From an uncultured bacterium (GTDB lineage: Bacteria; Patescibacteriota; Gracilibacteria; UBA1369; PNNO01): a stretch of DNA of 32,000 bases. A program made the translations under genes and the position numbers. Under the pieces are notes generated by a model, which saw only the letters and a list, made by a program, of their open reading frames with translations, had not been told where the DNA came from and made no database searches. Positions 1 through 6,384 of this stretch are shown one piece after another. The stretch covers positions 420,001-452,000 of the forward strand of contig OY969931.1 in assembly GCA_963704705.1 (NCBI GenBank), given 5' to 3'. The stretch's first letter is position 1. Each line of letters starts with the position of its first letter.

Positions 1-739
1 GAATAAGCCCAAATCCCGCTTTAATATAATTCCACGCATTCCATTTTATTGGTTCCAACGCACCTCCGATTCTATCTAGAAAGTGAAGTTGTTTTATTTT
101 GTGCCGTACATGTATATATAAGCCTAAAATCATTGGTATAACCAGTAACGCGAATATAGATTCTGACATAAGGAGCAAATCATATACTCCATGGAAGAAA
201 ACAGCAAGCAATAAACCTTTTGCCAGTAATTTTTTTTCAATTTGTTTATCTTTCTGGAATTTTGCTTTTCCAAAATAGTACCCCATGATTGCTCCGAACA
301 TTGCATGAGCCGGTACAGCTAAAATAGCTCTTATTACAGCAACATAAATTCCGCCTTCCATTACATAAAAAATATTTTCCAATGCAGCGAATCCAAGAGA
401 GGCAACAACACCGTAAATTACACCATCGTAGTATTCATCAAATTCAATGTTGTGATAAGCTTTCTTTTTAACAACCCAGTATTTGGCGAATTCTTCAATA
501 AGTGCAGTATAAACAAACGCCAGAATAATTAAATTAATAAAAGAAGATGAAAAAAGATCACCAAGATAACTTGCCAACCCATATTCAATCAGGCCTGCAA
601 TAAATGCTGCCAACATCCCCCACATAAAAATTTTCCACAAAAATTTTCTTGATTCTTTACGCTTATCCAGGTGGTCAAAATACCAAAGCAGTAATGCAAC
701 CGGAGCCAGTGATAATATTATTAAACCTATTGTCCACAT
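1..739 (-). CDS. prsW: PrsW-family intramembrane metalloprotease (C-terminal end runs off the window; absent from the supplied ORF track)
   Basis: My own translation of the reverse strand from the ATG at 739..737 gives MWTIGLIILSLAPVALLLWYFDHLDKRKESRKFLWKIFMWGMLAAFIAGLIEYG...ALIEEFAKYWV...VPAHAMFGAIMGYYFG...VFFHGVYDLLLM..., open to position 1. It is a multi-pass hydrophobic protein carrying EExxK, HxxMFG and HxxxD motifs, which I recall as the PrsW/CAAX-protease-like signature. Confidence 0.7.
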   Translation of the reverse strand, partial: MWTIGLIILSLAPVALLLWYFDHLDKRKESRKFLWKIFMWGMLAAFIAGLIEYGLASYLGDLFSSSFINLIILAFVYTALIEEFAKYWVVKKKAYHNIEFDEYYDGVIYGVVASLGFAALENIFYVMEGGIYVAVIRAILAVPAHAMFGAIMGYYFGKAKFQKDKQIEKKLLAKGLLLAVFFHGVYDLLLMSESIFALLVIPMILGLYIHVRHKIKQLHFLDRIGGALEPIKWNAWNYIKAGFGLI

Positions 740-796
740 ATAATCTATGATACCATTATTGATGACCTTACGATTTTACCAGAACACTTTAAAAAT

Positions 797-1555
797 ATGA
801 AAAAGATTATTATTTATACAGATGGCAGTTGTTTGGGAAATCCAGGACCTGGTGGTTATGGTGTTTTAATTCAGCCAAACGGAGATGAGATTATTTTAAG
901 TGGTGGTGAAGCTTCAACAACAAATAATAGAATGGAAATGATGGCTGTTTTAGAAGCTTTAAAATGGGTTGCGAACAATGCTGAAAAAAGTACTGAAGTT
1001 GATATTTATAGTGATTCAAGCCTGGTTGTGAACTCTATGAAACAGGGATGGAAAAGAAAAGCTAATTTGGATATTTGGGGAGAAATTGATAATACAATGA
1101 TTAAACTTGGAGATATCAAAATAAATTGGCATTGGGTAAAAGGTCATGCTGATAACGAATTCAATGAAAGAGTTGATGAAATTGCAGTTGAAGAATCAAA
1201 AAAGTTTGAAAAATCCGATCAAATAAAGCTTCCAACAGAACTTGCCGATGGTTATTTTTGCCAAAAATGTAATAAAAAGGTTGATGGAAGGTTAAGTTAT
1301 AATAGTGAAGCAGACATGATTCGGGTTGATTGTGAAAATTGCGGATCTTACATTATGTTTGCGGAAAAAAATCCAAAGAATCTAAAAGAAGCAAAAAAAC
1401 GAATACTCGCAAGCAAAGCTCAACTTGAAAAAATTAAGCAAATTAAAGAAGATCAGGGTGAAACAGTAGGGGACAAGGAAATGAAAAAACTTAAAACATT
1501 AACCCGCGAACAAGCGGATAAACTAATAAATAGCGCTCAAACATTATGGAACTAA
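797..1555 (+). CDS. rnhA: Ribonuclease HI with a ~115-aa C-terminal extension containing a CxxC...CxxC zinc ribbon
   Basis: The N-terminal ~135 aa is a textbook RNase HI: IYTDGSCLGNPGPGGYG, NNRMEMMA, IYSDSSLV, WHWVKGHADNEFNERVDEIA (the DEDD residues are present). The extension has C155-x2-C158 ... C179-x2-C182 followed by a Lys/Glu-rich helical tail. Confidence 0.9.
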   Translation: MKKIIIYTDGSCLGNPGPGGYGVLIQPNGDEIILSGGEASTTNNRMEMMAVLEALKWVANNAEKSTEVDIYSDSSLVVNSMKQGWKRKANLDIWGEIDNTMIKLGDIKINWHWVKGHADNEFNERVDEIAVEESKKFEKSDQIKLPTELADGYFCQKCNKKVDGRLSYNSEADMIRVDCENCGSYIMFAEKNPKNLKEAKKRILASKAQLEKIKQIKEDQGETVGDKEMKKLKTLTREQADKLINSAQTLWN

Positions 1556-1911
1556 GAAAACAATCAGAAGTTTCGGAAGACTTGGTTAATTGCCCGGAAA
1601 CAACCATAGTACTGCCTACAGATGAAGTCAGAGATAAATTGGTAAAATTATATTTTATTGCCAAATCCAATTTGGAAACTTTAGCGGCAATTTTTGAAGC
1701 AGTACAGGATAGAACTTTTGGCAGGGCGATTGTGAGAAAGAATTATATTATTATGAATCCAGATTATATTATGACCATACCTGATAAATTGCCTTATATG
1801 ACAGCAGAAATCGAAAAAGTATATATGGAAATTATTGATGCAAATCAACTAGCTTCAGTATTTCAATCATTTGCAAGATCATCTGTAACAGGGCAGGCAC
1901 CTCATCTTTAA
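1546..1911 (+). CDS. Hypothetical protein (121 aa), start overlaps the rnhA stop
   Basis: The ORF's ATG lies inside the last codons of rnhA (ATGGAACTAA, 10-nt overlap), suggesting translational coupling. I recognise no motif. It ends just before the tRNA promoter. Confidence 0.55.
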   Translation: MELRKQSEVSEDLVNCPETTIVLPTDEVRDKLVKLYFIAKSNLETLAAIFEAVQDRTFGRAIVRKNYIIMNPDYIMTIPDKLPYMTAEIEKVYMEIIDANQLASVFQSFARSSVTGQAPHL

Positions 1912-1922
1912 TGATTTTTTTC

Positions 1923-1951
1923 TTGATATAAACTTTGGCGCAAAGTATACT
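1923..1951 (+). promoter_or_regulatory. Sigma-70-type promoter for tRNA-Phe
   Basis: TTGATA (1923..1928), a 17-nt spacer, then TATACT (1946..1951). The predicted transcription start is ~17 nt upstream of the mature tRNA 5' end. Confidence 0.5.
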
Positions 1952-1975
1952 CTTTTTTGTTGAAAAAGTTATTTT

Positions 1976-2050
1976 GCCGCGGTAGCTCAGTGGTAGAGCA
2001 GAAGACTGAAAATCTTCGTGTCGGTGGTTCAATTCCGCCCCGCGGCACCA
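1976..2050 (+). tRNA. tRNA-Phe (anticodon GAA), CCA encoded
   Basis: Hand-folded cloverleaf. The acceptor GCCGCGG pairs with CCGCGGC. The D arm is GCTC-AGTGGTA-GAGC. The anticodon arm is GAAGA-CTGAAAA-TCTTC, giving anticodon GAA. The variable loop is GTGTC and the T arm is GGTGG-TTCAATT-CCGCC. The discriminator is A, followed by CCA at 2048..2050. Confidence 0.93.
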
Positions 2051-2148
2051 GGACCGAAGCGCAAAGCGCGGAGGTCTATGGAGTGAGCACAAGCGAGCAA
2101 AGCGAAAGATTTGACTTTATTAAATTATTATTTCATACTATCGAATTC

Positions 2149-2168
2149 CCGTCCTAGGACGGATTTTT
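2149..2168 (+). terminator. Putative rho-independent terminator after the tRNA-Phe trailer
   Basis: The palindrome CCGTCCTAGGACGG forms a 5-bp GC-rich stem with a CTAG loop and is followed by ATTTTT. The stem is short, so confidence is moderate. Confidence 0.5.
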
Positions 2169-2274
2169 AGTAGTAAAACATAATTTATAAAAAATGCAAA
2201 TTTTTACTGATATGGCATGAGAAAAATTTTTATGATAATCTTGCAATTGTCCTATTCATAATCTTAAAAAAATT

Positions 2275-3345
2275 ATGGCACAACAAACCTTTGGTAATAA
2301 ACTGGTTGGCTCGATAGGCTGGCTCTTATTGGGCATATTGGTTTTTATAGGGTCATTTGTACTGCTTTATTATTCTGAAGGCAGAACAAATTACACTGAC
2401 ATTGCTGAAACTGCAGTTAATGTAGATGAAGCAAAAGATGCAAAAGATTTTGTTTATATTACCCGTGAACTTGATACCTCTGAGTTTCTTGGTGATGGAT
2501 TATTCTTATACGAAGGTGATTATTTGGTTGTTGATAGAAGTGTTGATATGTATAGCTGGGTTGAAGAGGTTGAATCTGAAAATGACGAGAAAGTTTATAC
2601 ATACGATACAAAATGGGTTGAGGACGTTCCTGACAGCGAAGAATTTAAAGAACCTAAAGGCCACGAAAATCCACCAAAACCTGTTAAAAGTGAAAGATAT
2701 AAAGTAAGCGAAGCAACTGTTGGAATTTATAATGTTGATATGGATGAAATAAATCTGCCTTCTACATCACCATTAAAACTTACTGAAGATAATGTTACGT
2801 TAGATGGATATCAGGAAATAGTTTCAGATGATGATTATGATTATATTTTTGATGGATACGGAACTTATGATAAACCTGAGATAGGTGATATAAGAGTGCG
2901 ATATTCTGTTTTAAAGCCAATGGATGAAGTTACTGTATTTGGAAGGGTAGCTGATGAAAAAATCGGTCCACATCACGGAGAAGCAGAAAATAAACTTTAC
3001 AGGATTTTCAAAGGAACAAAAGAGGATGCAATGGCTGCGTTGCAGGGTGAATATCGAGCTGCTGGTTGGTTTGGCAGAATCGGTGTATTTATTATGATGT
3101 GGATTGGCCTATTGATGATATTAAGTCCGCTATCTACATCAATGGAATTAATTCCATTTTTAAGTGATGTAGGGAAAGGTGCATTAACATTTATAACATT
3201 TGTTATTGCTTTGATTTTAACTATTGTTGGAACTTTTGTATTTTCAATATTGCATAATACAGTTGGTTTACTAATTGTGATAGTTATTGCCGGAGCAATT
3301 GGTTTTTATATATATACAAAACCTCCTTCAGCAAAGAAAACATAA
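2275..3345 (+). CDS. TMEM43 (LUMA)/DUF1625-family membrane protein
   Basis: One N-terminal TM helix, a large loop and a C-terminal cluster of TM helices. Its motifs line up with my recollection of human TMEM43: LLYYSEGR vs [21 protein letters not shown] vs [38 protein letters not shown] vs [38 protein letters not shown] vs [20 protein letters not shown] vs LRAAGWMA. Confidence 0.8.
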   Translation: [356 protein letters not shown]

Positions 3346-3351
3346 TTAATT

Positions 3352-3393
3352 AAAAAGACCCCCAATGCATAATTGCAGAAGGGGTCTTTTTTT
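3352..3393. terminator. Bidirectional rho-independent terminator between convergent genes
   Basis: AAAAAGACCCC...GGGGTCTTTTTTT: a GACCCC/GGGGTC stem flanked by an A-tract on one side and a T-tract on the other, with an inner TGCA-TAAT-TGCA mini-palindrome in the loop. It lies between the stops at 3345 (+) and 3409 (-). Confidence 0.7.
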
Positions 3394-3408
3394 AATGTAA
3401 AAAATTAT

Positions 3409-6219
3409 TTATGCAGCCATTTCAAGTAGCATAATCACAACTGTAAGTTTTGCAATTTCAGCTCTTAAAATATCGTTTCCGCCTTTGAATGTTCCATCAG
3501 CATATCCTTCAATTAAATCGTTATCAACTGCGTACGCTACATAAGCAGCATACCAAATTGATTCTGATACATCGCTAAAGCTTGTTGCTGAAGTAGTGTC
3601 GTATCCTTCAATATCCACACCTTTCGCAAGTAATAAAATCTTTAATGCTTCAGCTCTGTTTACATTATTTCCAGGTCTGAAATTGCCGTCATCATAACCT
3701 TCAACAATTCCAAGATCAGCTGCTGTTTTAACATATGGAGTATACCATTCAGTTATAGGAGTATCATCGAATGGCGCAACATCTACACTTGCAGGAACAT
3801 CAATTCCATTTGCAAGTAAAGCGACTTTAACCATTTCCGCTCTTGTTGTTGGCATTGCAACACCAAACATATTGCTGTCACCATAACCAGTCATAATATT
3901 TGCAAGATATAGTTTTGCAATATATTCAGCTGCCCAGTGAGTTTCATCATAGTCGCTGAAATTGTCTGCAACACCGGCAATATCATCAGCAGAAAGAGTT
4001 TCACCTGTAACTGTTTCAGGAGTTGCAACAGTAGTAGTAGTGTCTTCAGTTGTAGTAGTTTCTGATTGAGCAGCAGCTTCTTCTGTAGTGATAACTGTTT
4101 TAGTAGAAGCATCCCAAACATAACCATCTTCTAATCCACAATATACATTACAACCGTCTCCAGCTGTTCTGTTACCATCATCACAAGTTTCATTTGAATC
4201 TAGTATCCCATCGCCACAAGTGCTAACGCCACCGCCGCCGCCGCCACCACCACCGCCGCCACCGACAGCGATAGTTAACGTATTATTAGCAGGTATAGCA
4301 GGAGCTGCATCAGCATCAGTTGGTCCATCGTTTACAGATGATACAGTTACTCCGTTTTGTGGTATTGCTAAAATGAATGTATTTGCACCAAGCGGTGGAC
4401 TAGTTATATCTAATCCAACAAATAATTTAATTCCACCTGCAGTAATAGCAGTGGTAAGTCCTGTTAAATCCCAGCTGTCAACAGTATCCCAAGTTGCTGT
4501 ACCTAAACTGGTATCACCGGTTCCTGGTTCAAATGTATTGTCACCATCATCTAACCAAACTTTTACAGCTGTTGTTTCGGTATTAATAGCAGTACCATTA
4601 TTTTTAATTTCTATTCCGGTAAGTTGATCATTTGCTTCGTCTACAACTCCGTTTGGAGCAGCACCCTGATCAGTACCTTCATCAATTAAAATACTTTCAG
4701 ATGAATCAATAGGTGTTGTACCAGTATGTAAACAAGCTTGTGTACCTGCACCTGCACCATCACAATCAGCAGCAAAACCAATTAAACCATCCAGGTTTGT
4801 TAAGCCACCAGTTGAATAAACATCATCGTCAGCACTTGTAGAATATGTTCCAAAACCACCTGCATCAACACCCATCCAGTCATTCACTCCGTCCCAAGCA
4901 CCTCCATTTGCATTATCATAAAATCCAAAATTCCAGCTTGCTGGTACTGTAGGAAAACTTAGAGCATCATTAAATGCTGTTCCTGCTATTAAAGTTTCAA
5001 TTCCATTGTCAAAAAAGATATTTCCGTCATCACTGAAAATCATATCAGCAGCAACATTCCATGCTGCTCCAGCAACGGCATCGTAAAAGTAAAGTGAAGT
5101 CCAGTCAGAATCTTTAGTGGTTGTAATAGTAGTTCCTGCCACAGGTGGTACTCCGTCAATTGTTGTATCTGCAGCAGCAGAATAAGTGTATTCACCTGGT
5201 ACATTTTCTTCAAACCAATCAGTTGTTGCGTCTAATGTGCCTTTATTTGTAACCCACATGTTAGCAACTGTAATTAAGGTATCAGTACCTGCAGTGCAGG
5301 CTCCTCCTATAAAATAAGTTCCTGTTCCAACAGCACCGTCACAAGCGGTTCCGTCAGTATCAGTATAAACGCAAGTTGCTGATGAAAGAGTTGTGTTATC
5401 AGAACAAACATTATCTCCAGCCACAATCGTATATAAAGCAGCTCCGGCTGAAGGTAAAGCATCTGATCCGTCAACAATAAGTGCATCAGCAGCGCTTGTA
5501 TAAACACCATCAGCATCATCATCAACACCAATCCAGTCAGCAGCACCATTATAAGCGTCACCATTTGCTGCATCGTAGTACCATAAATCCCAGTTTGCCG
5601 GTTCAGTTAAAGTACCGGCTCCGGTAGTAACTGAAGCTCCAGCCTCTAGAACATCAGAAGATGCTACTCCGGTATCATAATAAATATTCCCATCATCTAA
5701 AAAGACTAAATCATTTGCAGAATTCCATGGAGTTCCTGGAGCAAAATAATGAAAATACATATCAGTCCAGTCTGCGTCTACAGCAGAAGCAATTGTTGTA
5801 CCTGCAGCTAGTGCAACAGTACCTGCTACATCAGTATCAGCACTTGCAGTATAAACTCCGTCCGCATCCAAATCTCGTACAACCGGTTCAGTTCCCTGGA
5901 ATCCATCAGGTGCTGCTTCATAGTATCCAACACCAGTAGTTGTACCCAAAGCTGGGATAGCAACTAATGTATCTCCTGTATAAAATGGAGTTCCTCCGTC
6001 AACCAGTAATATATCTTCAGTTCCGCCATTTACTCCGTCAGGAATTACTACTTCAAGAGCTTTATTGTTAACTGATCCAGCAGAAACAGAATGACTGCCA
6101 ACATCAGTGAACCCGAAATCTCCTGTTGTTGAAGCTGAAGCTACACTGGCTGTGAGCAGCAACAACATGGCACAAAGAGATATCTTTGCACCAACAAGAA
6201 TAGTTTTCTTGTTTTTCAT
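3409..6219 (-). CDS. Large secreted S-layer-like surface protein with repeat modules, a Gly12 linker, a Cys-rich repeat and three C-terminal SLH domains
   Basis: I place the start at MKNKKTILVGAKISLCAMLLLLTASVASA (ATG at 6219), a classic signal peptide. A promoter lies inside the longer ORF that begins at 6285. The C-terminus has three SLH-type repeats: FSDYDETHWAAEYI...TRAEMVKV, FDDTPITEWYTPYV...NRAEALKIL and FSDVSESIWYAAYV...LRAEIAKL. CGDGILDSNETCDDGNRTAGDGCNVYC resembles the Myxococcus-type cysteine-rich repeat. Confidence 0.85.
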   Translation of the reverse strand: MKNKKTILVGAKISLCAMLLLLTASVASASTTGDFGFTDVGSHSVSAGSVNNKALEVVIPDGVNGGTEDILLVDGGTPFYTGDTLVAIPALGTTTGVGYYEAAPDGFQGTEPVVRDLDADGVYTASADTDVAGTVALAAGTTIASAVDADWTDMYFHYFAPGTPWNSANDLVFLDDGNIYYDTGVASSDVLEAGASVTTGAGTLTEPANWDLWYYDAANGDAYNGAADWIGVDDDADGVYTSAADALIVDGSDALPSAGAALYTIVAGDNVCSDNTTLSSATCVYTDTDGTACDGAVGTGTYFIGGACTAGTDTLITVANMWVTNKGTLDATTDWFEENVPGEYTYSAAADTTIDGVPPVAGTTITTTKDSDWTSLYFYDAVAGAAWNVAADMIFSDDGNIFFDNGIETLIAGTAFNDALSFPTVPASWNFGFYDNANGGAWDGVNDWMGVDAGGFGTYSTSADDDVYSTGGLTNLDGLIGFAADCDGAGAGTQACLHTGTTPIDSSESILIDEGTDQGAAPNGVVDEANDQLTGIEIKNNGTAINTETTAVKVWLDDGDNTFEPGTGDTSLGTATWDTVDSWDLTGLTTAITAGGIKLFVGLDITSPPLGANTFILAIPQNGVTVSSVNDGPTDADAAPAIPANNTLTIAVGGGGGGGGGGGGVSTCGDGILDSNETCDDGNRTAGDGCNVYCGLEDGYVWDASTKTVITTEEAAAQSETTTTEDTTTTVATPETVTGETLSADDIAGVADNFSDYDETHWAAEYIAKLYLANIMTGYGDSNMFGVAMPTTRAEMVKVALLANGIDVPASVDVAPFDDTPITEWYTPYVKTAADLGIVEGYDDGNFRPGNNVNRAEALKILLLAKGVDIEGYDTTSATSFSDVSESIWYAAYVAYAVDNDLIEGYADGTFKGGNDILRAEIAKLTVVIMLLEMAA
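3412..3960 (-). other. Three tandem SLH (S-layer homology) domains within the surface protein
   Basis: Three ~55-60-aa repeats share the pattern F-[SD]-D-x(3-5)-W-x(2)-Y-[IV]...G-Y-x-D-G-x-F...R-A-E. Coordinates are derived from codon counting back from the stop. Confidence 0.75.
4228..4263 (-). repeat. (GGN)12 simple-sequence tract encoding Gly12
   Basis: The + strand reads gcc acc gcc gcc gcc gcc acc acc acc gcc gcc acc. In the minus-strand gene frame this encodes 12 consecutive Gly between 'TIAV' and 'VSTCGDG'. Confidence 0.9.
4822..5778 (-). repeat. Internal duplicated ~95-aa protein module (two copies ~222 aa apart) in the surface protein
   Basis: Copy 1 (~5484..5778): DWTDMYFHYFAPGTPWNSANDLVFLDDGNIYYDTG...ANWDLWYYDAANGDAYNGAADWIGVDDDADGVYTSAAD. 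Copy 2 (~4822..5112): DWTSLYFYDAVAGAAWNVAADMIFSDDGNIFFDNG...ASWNFGFYDNANGGAWDGVNDWMGVDAGGFGTYSTSADD. Boundaries are approximate. Confidence 0.7.
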
Positions 6220-6249
6220 GCATCTAAGGTTAATAATTAAATCCACATA

Positions 6250-6278
6250 ATTATATGCGCCTGCTTGACAAATGTAAA
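6250..6278 (-). promoter_or_regulatory. Sigma-70-type promoter for the S-layer-like gene
   Basis: On the minus strand: TTTACA (6278..6273), a 17-nt spacer, then TATAAT (6255..6250). It lies ~30 nt upstream of the ATG at 6219 and downstream of the alternative ATG at 6285, which supports the shorter gene model. Confidence 0.5.
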
Positions 6279-6384
6279 TTGACATATACTGAACCCTTAT
6301 TCTTATTTAAATGTAAGGATTTTCTTAACTTTTTCGTGTGTATTCTATATACTTATAATTTGTTGGATAACTAACAATTAAAAT

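Noticed and set aside
1832-2157. Track ORFs 1832..2092 (-) and 1957..2157 (+)
   Set aside because: Both overlap the well-folded tRNA-Phe and its GC-rich trailer. Their 'proteins' are translations of tRNA sequence (for example GSSVVEQKTENLRVGGSIPP), so they are not coding.
1976-3400. Possible genomic island or integrated element at the tRNA-Phe 3' end
   Set aside because: I found no integrase, recombinase or phage genes downstream, and I spotted no direct repeat of the tRNA 3' half elsewhere in the window. The downstream genes look like normal envelope genes with the same composition.
4220-4627. 135-aa + strand ORF starting with a poly-Pro run
   Set aside because: It is the antisense mirror of the Gly12 tract and the Gly/Ala/Thr-rich surface protein on the minus strand. 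It has low-complexity composition and lies wholly inside a strongly supported gene.
3891-5939. Other short ORFs inside the S-layer-like gene (3891..4127 -, 5307..5573 -, 5661..5939 +)
   Set aside because: These are out-of-frame or antisense Leu/Gln-rich low-complexity translations within a long ORF that has a signal peptide and SLH domains.
6220-6285. 22-codon N-terminal extension of the S-layer-like ORF (MSIYICQAGAYNYVDLIINLRC)
   Set aside because: The extension precedes a perfect signal peptide that starts at the next Met. It also contains the TTTACA-17-TATAAT promoter, so it is most likely untranslated.
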